A stretch of DNA of 64,000 bases from a virus: positions 1 to 64,000 of IMG/VR virus record IMGVR_UViG_3300020183_000012; one strand, 5' to 3'. The notes beneath the pieces were generated by a model. That model had not been told where the DNA came from. It ran no database searches and was given only the letters and a program-made list of their open reading frames with translations. The position numbers and the translations under genes are program-made. Each line of letters starts with the position of its first letter. Position 1 is the first letter of the stretch. Below, piece by piece: positions 8,966-18,651 of the stretch.

Positions 8966-10525
8966 ATGTTTCGCAAGTTTAATTTATTCAAATTTTCTGC
9001 AATAAAGCCAAGTCTTATATTTTTACCTGCGAATCTTTCGCCAATAAAAGTTGACACATACGCAGTAATTGGTCAAACATTTTCTATAAAAGAAAAAATA
9101 AAATCTTTGGGTTTCTCTTGGTCTGGGAACCTTCAAGTTTCTGTTGATGGAGAAGATGTTTCTGGTGGATGGATTCAGGGCGCAAGCAGAATATCTTCTA
9201 TAGATTTAATAAAAAAATCTCTTTCAGATATTTCAGTTGATGTAAACTTGGTCAACACTCATAAAATTGAGTCTATAGCTTTATCAAATGATGGCATAAC
9301 CGGATTCTTTGATTCATCCTCAAATTCTACTGTTATTTCAGGAGAAACTAAGCCAATAAAAGATACACTTTCTGCCATGGGTTTTGGATTTAAAAAAACA
9401 ATTTATCCTGGTCCTGACAACAAAAAGTATTCACCTGTTTGGGCTAAAAGATTTAAATTAAATAAAGAAGAGTTTGAAAAATTAGTTGGTCTTGGTGTAA
9501 ATTTTATAAATGAAGTTATTGAGGAAGTTAATGAGGACACTGATGTCAAGCAGGCATCTCAAATAAGAGGTGAAATACTTTCAAATAATACTACTTTTGG
9601 CATTTCTTCTATGATAGAAAATTTTGTCAATGAAATATCAGAAAAGATTTTCTCAAAAGATACTGATGCAAAAGTAGAGGCATTGAAAAAATTCCTAAAT
9701 TTTCAAGCTGTTTTTAATCACTTTAGTTTCAATAATCAAATACTTATGTATCTTCAGGATCCTGAAGCTAGTGAGGTTGCAACGGCATCTCAATGGGATT
9801 CTGATTTTGGAAGAAAGCTAAAGCCAGGTGCTATTCCTGTTGTGCTTATTAGGCCTGTTGGTACTGTAATTAAGCTAACAGATAAAGAAAAGGCTTCTTT
9901 ACGAGCTCAGGGTGTTCCTGAGCCTGTAATAAAAAGAAAAGACAATAGAGTTATAAATGTATCTAAATTTACAGATTATGTTGTATATGACGTTCGTTTC
10001 ACTGAGCCAATACCTGGAAGGGACCACTACGATCCTTCTAAAAATCAAGAAATTTACGGAACTAATGATACTTCTGAGTATGTAGATAAAATGACAGAGG
10101 CAGTGATTGATGTGGCAGAGGAAGATTACAAAATAAAAGTTAATTTTGCTGGTCAGGGTAAGTCTATGGGTACTTCTCATTCTGATGGCAACATAAATAT
10201 AAATTCAAACTCTTCTGGAGTAAGGGCTCTTTCAACAATAATACATGAAATGACACATGAAATAGTGCATACTCAAGAATACAGAAAAAAAAGAGACATA
10301 AAATCATATGCAGCTGGTGAGATACAGGCAGAGGGTATATCTTATATGGTTTTGAAATATTTTAAAATTCCTTTTGATTTTGAGCAGTCTTGCATTCTTT
10401 ATATGAGGATGTGGTCAAAAATGGAAAAAGAAGAGGTTGTTAACTCTCTTAAAAGTGTAAGAAATGAAGCAAACGAAATAATAGAAAAAATAAAAATCAG
10501 GATGTCAAAACAGGGTATTATGTAA
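8966..10525 (+). CDS. ArdC-like protein: N-terminal GxT..IK..L..LGF repeats, ArdC ssDNA-binding domain and zincin metallopeptidase
   Basis: FNHFSFNNQILMYLQ...QW...GRKLKPGA (ArdC-N); IIHEMTHEIVH...EIQAEGISYMV (HExxH plus E). Confidence 0.8.
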   Translation: MFRKFNLFKFSAIKPSLIFLPANLSPIKVDTYAVIGQTFSIKEKIKSLGFSWSGNLQVSVDGEDVSGGWIQGASRISSIDLIKKSLSDISVDVNLVNTHKIESIALSNDGITGFFDSSSNSTVISGETKPIKDTLSAMGFGFKKTIYPGPDNKKYSPVWAKRFKLNKEEFEKLVGLGVNFINEVIEEVNEDTDVKQASQIRGEILSNNTTFGISSMIENFVNEISEKIFSKDTDAKVEALKKFLNFQAVFNHFSFNNQILMYLQDPEASEVATASQWDSDFGRKLKPGAIPVVLIRPVGTVIKLTDKEKASLRAQGVPEPVIKRKDNRVINVSKFTDYVVYDVRFTEPIPGRDHYDPSKNQEIYGTNDTSEYVDKMTEAVIDVAEEDYKIKVNFAGQGKSMGTSHSDGNININSNSSGVRALSTIIHEMTHEIVHTQEYRKKRDIKSYAAGEIQAEGISYMVLKYFKIPFDFEQSCILYMRMWSKMEKEEVVNSLKSVRNEANEIIEKIKIRMSKQGIM

Positions 10526-10569
10526 AAGTTTTTATATATAATATAAATAATAAATTTTGGAGATTAAAA

Positions 10570-12399
10570 ATGGCCACAAAAATTTGGAAACCTTGCAATG
10601 CAGTTACTTCAAGTTCTAGCTACAGCGGAAACACATCTGGATGTACTAATTTTCAATGGCAAGAAGCATCCAACTGGAGTGATGGTTCTGTACCTCAGCA
10701 GGGTGATGATATAGTTTTTTCTCCTAATTACAATTATCCTTGCGTGGGAGGACCAGGCGATGATCGTCCTTTTAAAACCATAACAATTCAAAAAGGTTTT
10801 AATAGGCCAATAGGTCAGCTAAAAAGTCCTAACGAACCATTGAGTTTAACTGCTTTGCAGGTTAACTTCGGTGATCTTATAATATATAGGCCAAATGCAA
10901 GCGAAGCTAAGCAGATATCTGCTCCAATAGTTATTGATAGGCTGTGTTCTAGTGTTCCTTCTGATTACCCTGGAGGTAGCAATAACCCACCAAATTTGTA
11001 TGGCCCAATAACTGGAGGAAGAATCTATGTTTACGATGAGAATGAAGATAATGTAAGTTCTTATTATTTTTCTGGGCATTCTAGATTGATTCTCTTTGTT
11101 TGTAAAGATAATAAAAATTTGTCAAATAAAACTTTTGTATATGATGACCCAAACGGTAGGGTTAGTCAAATTTCTACTGCTTATAGCATAAGCTCTACTG
11201 GTCCGGAACCAGTAGTTAACAATACTCGCCATAGAAACAAAATTTCTGTTACCGCAGATTACATAGGAAACCTTAGTTTTAATACTCTTTCCTATGCTAA
11301 TGTAAGAGCTTCTTATATAGAGCAAATTTGGCTTTTGGGGTCGTCGCATGCTTCATGGGGGGTTAAAGACAGAAAGCCATTTACTAGTTATTTGCAGCTT
11401 GATGGCATACCAGAACAGGTTGATTCTGCTTTAACTCCTGGAGATATAACCGTAGCATATAGTAAGGAACTTTTTGTAGGTAATATAAATATTGGCAAAC
11501 CTACTGGGGGTGCTTCTTTAATAGGAAATCCAGCGACTCAGGGTTGGGATTGGACAAAGCCAGAAAATTGGGAGTGGACACACGGTATTGAGTTACGCAG
11601 TGGCATTAAGGCGATCAAAATGATCATGTCCTATCATCCTGTTGGAAGGATTAGTGCTGAAAGCTACTCCAAACCTGTTGGTTTCAGAATTGGCAGGTTG
11701 CAGTTTATCAGGAGCAATTTAAATTTTGGATCATCTAGTCAGTTTAATATGACTAATTCCAGGCAGACTATGAATTTTGTAGGTGTAAATGGAGTGGGCG
11801 CAATAATTGATCAGATTTATTTTCAGGTTACTACTCCTGATATACAATATAATGGCAGGTATTTAGACATAAACGTTCCGGCAACATCTCAATTTAAATT
11901 GTGGCACCATACTCCAGTGCAGGGTGATACCCTGCAAGATTTGGCTCCACACGGATCTATATACAACGAAACTACTGGAACATATTCAGACGGAGTATCA
12001 GATTATAGTTCAAGTTCTTCTATATCGCCGTGTCTCTGGTCAAGTAGTTCTAGTTCTTCAAGTAGCCGTAGTTCTTCTAGCAGTAGTAGTAGTTCTGGAT
12101 CAAGCAGCAGTAGCTTATCAAGCAGTAGTAGTAGCTCAAGCAGTAGAGCTAGCAGCAGCAGCAGCAGCAGCCGTTCCAGTAGTAGTAGTAGTGTCACATT
12201 TATTCCTGGAGAAACCGTAGATATCGCTCCGCCATTCAGGAGAAGTAGTAGCTCGTCTTCCAGTAGCAGTAGTAGTCAGTCCAGCAGTAGTAGTAGCAGT
12301 AGTAGCAATTCCAGCAGTAGTAGTCAGTCCAGCAGTAGTAGTAGCAGTAGTAGTCATTCCAGCAGTAGCAGCATGTCAAGTAGTTCAAGTAATGGATAA
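10570..12399 (+). CDS. putative virion surface/fibre protein with C-terminal poly-serine
   Basis: W..ASNWSDGSVP..GDDIVF N-terminal motif; beta-rich body; ~95 Ser in the last ~130 aa; SD GGAG. Confidence 0.6.
   Translation: MATKIWKPCNAVTSSSSYSGNTSGCTNFQWQEASNWSDGSVPQQGDDIVFSPNYNYPCVGGPGDDRPFKTITIQKGFNRPIGQLKSPNEPLSLTALQVNFGDLIIYRPNASEAKQISAPIVIDRLCSSVPSDYPGGSNNPPNLYGPITGGRIYVYDENEDNVSSYYFSGHSRLILFVCKDNKNLSNKTFVYDDPNGRVSQISTAYSISSTGPEPVVNNTRHRNKISVTADYIGNLSFNTLSYANVRASYIEQIWLLGSSHASWGVKDRKPFTSYLQLDGIPEQVDSALTPGDITVAYSKELFVGNINIGKPTGGASLIGNPATQGWDWTKPENWEWTHGIELRSGIKAIKMIMSYHPVGRISAESYSKPVGFRIGRLQFIRSNLNFGSSSQFNMTNSRQTMNFVGVNGVGAIIDQIYFQVTTPDIQYNGRYLDINVPATSQFKLWHHTPVQGDTLQDLAPHGSIYNETTGTYSDGVSDYSSSSSISPCLWSSSSSSSSSRSSSSSSSSSGSSSSSLSSSSSSSSSRASSSSSSSRSSSSSSVTFIPGETVDIAPPFRRSSSSSSSSSSSQSSSSSSSSSNSSSSSQSSSSSSSSSHSSSSSMSSSSSNG
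12007..12390 (+). repeat. AGT/AGC-rich poly-Ser coding microsatellite
   Basis: Runs of AGT/AGC codons in blocks of mostly 5 and 9 Ser, separated by single residues. Confidence 0.9.
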
Positions 12400-12419
12400 T
12401 GTTTAATTAAGGAGAAAAA

Positions 12420-14090
12420 ATGTCAAATATAACAAGAAATTGGACAGGTTTAGGATACAACGGAAATATAAACGATCCAGATAATTGGACTTCTTCTAGC
12501 GACAGTAGCGGCAACGTGTGTTATTACGGAGACACATGGGGAGATACTTTAATAATAGGAGAGTATGAAGGCTTTCATGCGCCAAATTATTTAGATTTAA
12601 ATATTTATGGCCAATTGTCAGTTCCCATAAGAAAACTTGAAATTAAAAGAACTTTTAGAGGAGATTTAGGTTACGTGGGACAGCCTCTTATTGTCAATCT
12701 TACCGGTACAACCATGCCACCTGGTTCAGAATATGCAACTAGTTGCAGTAACTCAATATTTGAAATACCTGATTTTAAAACATTTGTTCAAACAAACCAG
12801 GAAAGTTATGATTATGCTAACACTAATGATTTTGACTCAATTATTTATTATGAATTTTGGAAGAATGCTCTTGTAGATGATCAGATATCAAGTTTGTATA
12901 AATACTATTTAGCAAGTGTTGATATAGATATTGGAAATCCTCACTTTGATTACCCGGGCGTTACTTCTGGTCAGGGTAGTCCGACATTAGCAACATTACC
13001 TTCTTCTTCTTCTTCTTCTTCTTCTTCTTTTCCGATCAATAGGGAAAGAAAAATCTATATAAAGGTATTGGATAGTGTTGGTAATGGCTACTGGAATTGT
13101 AAGAATAGGAGTATAAAGTCTTTAAATTATGTTACTATCAGAGGATTGGGACTGGGAGAACATGCACCTTCCGGTTTGTTATGGAATACACTTGTCAATT
13201 TTGAGGGAGATATATTTTATCTAAATACATCAAAATATGCTGGTTTTATAAATATTAATAATTGTGAGGTATTTAATATTCTTCACGATCCGGATCCTTC
13301 TGCTATTTGGCACCCAACTCAATCTAACTATGAAACTCAATTGATTTTAAGTTTGAGAAATATGTCTGTTAATTCAACTCAGCCAGTCAGTGACTCGGAT
13401 CCATATGATGCATATGGTACAGGTTGTGTTTTAAATGAGATTTTAGAAAGCAATAATGAGCTAACTGATAATGGTAATTCAGTGGGCTATATGCTTGGAA
13501 CTAATAAAACACAATTTGTGTCACATAATTTTCAGAGTACCCATCTTCCAGAATGCTATTTATGTGGTCACTTTTACAATATTTTTGCTGTGGGACTCAA
13601 TCACAGATATCAAATTGGTAATAGTCAAATAAATGGTTTGTTGGGATTTTCTAATCAAATTAAAGTGGACAAAATTTATTGGGAATCTCATCACCATTTA
13701 TATGACACCAGCGCATATCCTTGGGAACGTGATGGTGGATTTGAATTTACCACAAGAGCAACAGTAGATTCTATTCATTTGTTAGGCGGGGCTCTTAAGG
13801 ATTATCCTATGGTTGGATATCCAACTCTTAATATTTCTAGAGAGTACGAAACAACAATAAAGTCACTTTTATTGGATGGAGGTGGTTTAAACCTGCAATC
13901 CGATTCCATAAGCCCCAAAGGCATAAATGTGGATAAAATTTTGTTTTCTCCAGCATTAACTCAGGCAAATGGTGTAAAATTATTGAGTTTTACTTCTATA
14001 AATAACTCATCGGGCACTAACACTTGGTATTGGCTTATAGGAGACGACAGGCCAGCAGTTGATTCTTGGAGCAATTATCATAATGGATAA
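12420..14090 (+). CDS. putative virion surface/fibre protein, paralog-like to 10570..12399
   Basis: WTG...I.DPDNW...GDTLII N-terminus; FRGDLG..G.PL matches FNRPIG...EPL of its neighbour; internal S9 tract encoded by TCT x9; SD AAGGAG. Confidence 0.6.
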   Translation: MSNITRNWTGLGYNGNINDPDNWTSSSDSSGNVCYYGDTWGDTLIIGEYEGFHAPNYLDLNIYGQLSVPIRKLEIKRTFRGDLGYVGQPLIVNLTGTTMPPGSEYATSCSNSIFEIPDFKTFVQTNQESYDYANTNDFDSIIYYEFWKNALVDDQISSLYKYYLASVDIDIGNPHFDYPGVTSGQGSPTLATLPSSSSSSSSSFPINRERKIYIKVLDSVGNGYWNCKNRSIKSLNYVTIRGLGLGEHAPSGLLWNTLVNFEGDIFYLNTSKYAGFININNCEVFNILHDPDPSAIWHPTQSNYETQLILSLRNMSVNSTQPVSDSDPYDAYGTGCVLNEILESNNELTDNGNSVGYMLGTNKTQFVSHNFQSTHLPECYLCGHFYNIFAVGLNHRYQIGNSQINGLLGFSNQIKVDKIYWESHHHLYDTSAYPWERDGGFEFTTRATVDSIHLLGGALKDYPMVGYPTLNISREYETTIKSLLLDGGGLNLQSDSISPKGINVDKILFSPALTQANGVKLLSFTSINNSSGTNTWYWLIGDDRPAVDSWSNYHNG

Positions 14091-14096
14091 TAAATA

Positions 14097-14630
14097 CTAC
14101 TTGTTAAGCTTGCTCACATAGTCGTACATAACTATAGCAGATGCGCATCCGACATTTAGGCTTCTAACTGATCCGTACTGCTTTATGTAAAGAACTTTTG
14201 AGCTTATTTTTCTGAGCTCTTCGTCAACTCCAAGATTCTCTTCTCCAAAAACGAATGCATAGTGCATTTCTTTTTGGAAAGAGAATTCTTCTATTGGGCT
14301 TGCATCAGGAGTGTTATCTATGGATATTACACAGCATCCATCAAGTTCTTTTTTAAGTTCATCAATTGATTTTGTGTATTTCATTCTTTCATAATGGTGC
14401 GTCCCTACGGCCCCTCTTCTGTCCCACCTTCTACTACCATGAATAATGACATTTTTTGCTAGAAATGCATTTGCGTTTCTTATAACAGAGCCGATATTGA
14501 AATCATGCTGTAGGTTTTGGCAGACTACAGAAAAGTTATGCCTTCTTTCATCAAGATATGCCTTTATGGCATCTTCTTCCCAGTATTTGAAAGGATTAAT
14601 TACATTTCTTCTAAGAAGAACTTCGCTCAT
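14097..14630 (-). CDS. SpoU/TrmH-family RNA 2'-O-methyltransferase
   Basis: NIGSVIRNANAF, VFGEENLGV, I.QYG.VRSLNVG.ASAI SPOUT motifs. Confidence 0.9.
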   Translation of the reverse strand: MSEVLLRRNVINPFKYWEEDAIKAYLDERRHNFSVVCQNLQHDFNIGSVIRNANAFLAKNVIIHGSRRWDRRGAVGTHHYERMKYTKSIDELKKELDGCCVISIDNTPDASPIEEFSFQKEMHYAFVFGEENLGVDEELRKISSKVLYIKQYGSVRSLNVGCASAIVMYDYVSKLNK

Positions 14631-14667
14631 AACATATGTTACTTTTTTAAAAAATTGAGGATATTTT

Positions 14668-15426
14668 TTAATCTGTTTTTTTAACAGAAATTTGAACTAG
14701 TTTTTCAAATTTATTTGCATCGTCTATGTAACCTTCTAGTCTTTCATCCTTGGAATCATTTGTGTATTGATATGACCAAAAAAGCCTATCATCTATTTTA
14801 AAACCAAAATATTTCATATTTTTCTTTTGAAGTTCTATTGTTTCTTTCCCATTAAAGTTGTGCCCACAACTTATTACTCCAGCGTATTTTTCAGAAACTA
14901 TATTTTCTTCTTTTAAACTTGTATGTCTATTTTCTATCCAACTTAATCTCTCAAGTAATTTTTGGTATACACTATTGGTTTGCCCCCATCTTATGGATGT
15001 AAAAAATACTATTGCATCACTATCCATCATGGGCTTATGTATTTTCCAAAGTTCATCATCTTTATGGTTGAATGAGCACCAGCATCTTAAATTTCCATCT
15101 GGATTTTTGTCTTTATCTTTTAAGGATGCTTCTTTTACCCCGCAATTATTTCCCTCTGCTTTAGATATATTGCCCTCGCATATATATATTTTTAGCTTAG
15201 ATACATCTATTATTGATGCTTCGCATCTTTTTAGTTTATGTGATATTACATGCGCAAGTTGAGATGATTTGGGCATTTCCGTATCAACATCATTATGAAC
15301 AACCCTATTACTTGTAGTAATAAAAAGGCATTTTTTAAATCTGTCTAAAAAAGCGCATGTTTCTTCTATTCCTGGTATTACCATGGATTCTGAAGCATAT
15401 TTGTTGAATAATATTCTATTGTACAT
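14668..15426 (-). CDS. flavodoxin-fold NAD(P)H-dependent FMN reductase / iron-sulfur flavoprotein-like
   Basis: TSNR, I..CEG..S....C, CWC..DDE, SDAIVFFT.IRWG, LLERL. Confidence 0.75.
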   Translation of the reverse strand: MYNRILFNKYASESMVIPGIEETCAFLDRFKKCLFITTSNRVVHNDVDTEMPKSSQLAHVISHKLKRCEASIIDVSKLKIYICEGNISKAEGNNCGVKEASLKDKDKNPDGNLRCWCSFNHKDDELWKIHKPMMDSDAIVFFTSIRWGQTNSVYQKLLERLSWIENRHTSLKEENIVSEKYAGVISCGHNFNGKETIELQKKNMKYFGFKIDDRLFWSYQYTNDSKDERLEGYIDDANKFEKLVQISVKKTD

Positions 15427-15427
15427 T

Positions 15428-16333
15428 TTAATTATCTTTAAGGTCTGTTATTACAAGTTTTGCTATATTGTATTTATTTTCTACTAAATCTAAAAGAGCT
15501 TTATTTTCAACTGTACCAGTTATATTAACAAGTGGTTTTTTGTTTATGAAGTATATCATAGCTTGCTCTGTTGATATGCACAGATCATAAAAACTTTTTA
15601 TTATATTTATGGTTCTATTTTTTTGTTTTTCGTCTGTTATTGGAGAAATCAAAGAACCATACTCTTTTTTCATTTCTTCTAAGTAAATAATGTTTTTATT
15701 TATTTTATTAAAATTATCCATTACATTTTTGTCTATCATCTGGCTGTACTTGTCTGTTAATATCTTTATTAATGATGATATGTATGCCAATTCTGATTCA
15801 AACATAAACACAAGATAGTCTCTTACGCTTGTGTCATTTGTATAGTGTTTAATAAATTTTGAATTTACAGATGAAGATATTTTAAATTTTAATTCTTCTA
15901 TAATTTTATTATATACTACATATATTTTATTATAAAATTTTTCATATCCGTTTACAATCATACTTTTTTCAAATAAATTATAATATTCATCAAAATACAT
16001 GTTTATATACTGATTAAGTTTTTTCCATGAGTCAACGAAATGTTCACCTGAGTGATACGCATCTTTTATATTTATTTTTGTATATTCGTGTTTAATTATT
16101 TCATCCATTACATTAATTATTTTTTGTGTTGATATTATGCATTCATTTGCTATGATAATAGATGATTTTATGTCGTGGTCTTCATATTTTTTAGAAACTG
16201 TGTCAAAAGTATTGAGCAAAAGAGTAGACATACGCATGGTGTAATTTTTTAATTTTAAAGCCATGTCTGATATTTCATTGTCCTTTATGGGGACTTTTTT
16301 ATCATTATTTATGGCTATAGATATTTTTTCCAT
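15428..16333 (-). CDS. hypothetical helical protein
   Basis: 301-aa ORF preceded by a class A element. Confidence 0.65.
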   Translation of the reverse strand: MEKISIAINNDKKVPIKDNEISDMALKLKNYTMRMSTLLLNTFDTVSKKYEDHDIKSSIIIANECIISTQKIINVMDEIIKHEYTKINIKDAYHSGEHFVDSWKKLNQYINMYFDEYYNLFEKSMIVNGYEKFYNKIYVVYNKIIEELKFKISSSVNSKFIKHYTNDTSVRDYLVFMFESELAYISSLIKILTDKYSQMIDKNVMDNFNKINKNIIYLEEMKKEYGSLISPITDEKQKNRTINIIKSFYDLCISTEQAMIYFINKKPLVNITGTVENKALLDLVENKYNIAKLVITDLKDN

Positions 16334-16370
16334 AATAAAAAATTACTAAATAAACAGCAAATCAACCTTT
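16334..16370 (-). promoter_or_regulatory. class A putative late promoter
   Basis: AAAGGTT...GTAATT with GG 34 nt before ATG 16333. Confidence 0.55.
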
Positions 16371-16391
16371 ATTTTACAAGGGCTATATATA

Positions 16392-17840
16392 TCAATTATT
16401 TTCTTGTTTTTTGACAGCAGATTCGCTTTTTGCCCAATCCCAGTTTTTTCTTACTTTCTTGTTCTGCTGCCAAACGGATTTCATTACAATTGGTTCTATT
16501 TCATTATTTTCCATAGTTTTAATAAATGCATTTATGTCTTTGGGGAAACATGTTCCTCCAAATCCTTTGTCTCCATCATGCCCTGGTACATTTGCATGAG
16601 ACTGAGATATTCTTCCGTCGCTAAGTATTCCTTGCATTATTATTTCCCATTCCAGATTCATTTTATCCGCTAATAACTTTATTTCATTAAAGTACATTAC
16701 CTTTGTTGCAAAAAAACAGTTGCAAGCGTATTTTACAAATTCAGACTCATCTGAGTCCATAATTATTATTTGTGATCCTGGGAACCTATTTTCGTATAAA
16801 GAGTATAGATTTTTATAAATTGTATCATTTTGTTCTTTTTTATTTGGTATTCCTATAATATGTCTAGATGCACTTATAAAATCAACTCTTGCACTTCTTG
16901 CTGTTAAAAATTCTGGAGAATGAACAATATTTAAATTGCTATACTTATTTTTTAACTTTTTTGTCGTACCAATCGGTACTGTTGATTTTATTACGAATAT
17001 ATTGTCGCTTCTTGTATTTTTTTGGGTTATAGACTCTAGGGTTTCTTCAATTATTGATAGATTGCATTCTCCGCCTTCTGCATCTACCATGGGAGTTGGA
17101 ACACAAACAAATACTATATCTTGATTTATGGTCTCTTTTTCTTCGTTAAGAGATCTCATTTTATTTTTGTCGTATACTTTTACTTCCCAGTCATTGCAGA
17201 ATGCACTTAGTACAGCGCCTCCAACAAAACCGTGACCCAATACACCTATGCTATTTTTGTTTTTCATTTTTTCCTTTTTTAGTATAAAAATTTTTGAACC
17301 AGATTTCCCATTTATCCCAAGTATCCCATCTATGCTTATACCATTATCAGTAAAAATTTTTTCTAGCTCTTTTTCTGTAACTCTTAAAGGATCTGATTCT
17401 ATGCATATATTTATGTTTTCATCTGGACACCACTCAATGTACATAGTTCCTTTTTCTGAAAGTTGATCTCTCCATGCTGATATGCTTTTATTTGGATCGT
17501 ATGAGTGATCAAATGAATTAGAATAGACTATATCAAATTTTCCTATCCAGTCCTTGTTTACTTCGTGAAAATCCCATTGAACTGTCATGGGAAAATCTTT
17601 TGCTGTTTCGGATATTTCTGTACCAATTACATTGCATTCTTCACAGTTTTCCTTAAAGAATTTTTGTTCAGTGGCATTTCTTGTGCCGTGGCAAATAATG
17701 TTACTGGGTGTCCCACAGTAGTTTTTAATAATTTCTTTAATTACATTCTCTCTTACCCATACATGTCCTATTTTTCTTTTGTTTGCTTTAGTCTGAGCCT
17801 CTACATACTCTTCATAAGATTTATATTTATAAATTTCCAT
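16392..17840 (-). CDS. fusion of a class I SAM methyltransferase-like domain and a UDP-glucose/GDP-mannose dehydrogenase-family domain
   Basis: N-half ICHGTRN, FDIVYSNSFDH; C-half GHGFVG, VCVPTP, KSTVPIG, PEFL, KY..N.F.ATK, GFGGTCFPKD. Confidence 0.85.
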   Translation of the reverse strand: MEIYKYKSYEEYVEAQTKANKRKIGHVWVRENVIKEIIKNYCGTPSNIICHGTRNATEQKFFKENCEECNVIGTEISETAKDFPMTVQWDFHEVNKDWIGKFDIVYSNSFDHSYDPNKSISAWRDQLSEKGTMYIEWCPDENINICIESDPLRVTEKELEKIFTDNGISIDGILGINGKSGSKIFILKKEKMKNKNSIGVLGHGFVGGAVLSAFCNDWEVKVYDKNKMRSLNEEKETINQDIVFVCVPTPMVDAEGGECNLSIIEETLESITQKNTRSDNIFVIKSTVPIGTTKKLKNKYSNLNIVHSPEFLTARSARVDFISASRHIIGIPNKKEQNDTIYKNLYSLYENRFPGSQIIIMDSDESEFVKYACNCFFATKVMYFNEIKLLADKMNLEWEIIMQGILSDGRISQSHANVPGHDGDKGFGGTCFPKDINAFIKTMENNEIEPIVMKSVWQQNKKVRKNWDWAKSESAVKKQENN

Positions 17841-18651
17841 TATTTTTAATCTTTTTTATTATTTTTAAAGCTTGAGCTTTAGGTGAAAATACATCAGACC
17901 AGCATTTTTTCATTTTTTTATTTATTTCTTGCCACCTTTTTTTATCGTCAAGTATTTTTTTAATTTGATAAATTGATGTGTCCCATTTTTTATTATTTAT
18001 ATATATTGCTGGTGCTTGTTCATAGCATATTGTATTTGGTTGTTCGCAAGATACAATCGCTGACCCGCTGGCAACTCCCTCTGAAAAACGTATACATTCT
18101 GACCTATGGTGTCCATGTGGAGAAAGTACTATTTTTGTTCTTGACATTTTTTCAGAATATTCTTCTATTGAAAGTCCAGTATTCCATTTTTTTGTTAAAG
18201 ATATTTCTATATTGTAACTTTTAAGTTCTTTTTCTATTTTTCTTGCCGATTCTACAAAATTTTTTCTTGTTGCTATGGGCTTATTATTTGCATCAAGACA
18301 GTGCCCAGAAAAAAACACATCTATGTCTCTCTGCTCCCATGTATTGTCTTGCTTTGGCTTGTAGCCCTTCATGACAGGCAATGGTATATGAGTGGCATTT
18401 TCTACCTCCTCGTAATCTAAATGGTGTTTAAATACATATCTGACGTTTTTGCTGTAGGATGGCAGCTTACCTCTTTCGTCTCCTGCTGTGAGTACCGCCA
18501 CTACTTTATTTCCATATTCCGGTAGATTTTTATAATTATTAGTAAAATAAAAATTATAATTATCGCAATCCTTGTCGCTTTTAATAATTTTTATCATTTC
18601 ATCAAAAAAATCATGTTCAAAATAATTTTCTGGTAGTATTTTGTAAATCAT
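17827..18651 (-). CDS. exostosin-like (GT47/GT-B) glycosyltransferase
   Basis: RDIDVFFSG, Y...M...KIVLSP.G...E..RF.E. Confidence 0.65.
   Translation of the reverse strand: MIYKILPENYFEHDFFDEMIKIIKSDKDCDNYNFYFTNNYKNLPEYGNKVVAVLTAGDERGKLPSYSKNVRYVFKHHLDYEEVENATHIPLPVMKGYKPKQDNTWEQRDIDVFFSGHCLDANNKPIATRKNFVESARKIEKELKSYNIEISLTKKWNTGLSIEEYSEKMSRTKIVLSPHGHHRSECIRFSEGVASGSAIVSCEQPNTICYEQAPAIYINNKKWDTSIYQIKKILDDKKRWQEINKKMKKCWSDVFSPKAQALKIIKKIKNNGNL

Noticed and set aside
11924-12357. Alternative-frame ORFs over the poly-Ser tract (poly-Val/Ala, poly-Leu, poly-Thr)
   Set aside because: They are by-products of the AGT/AGC repeat.
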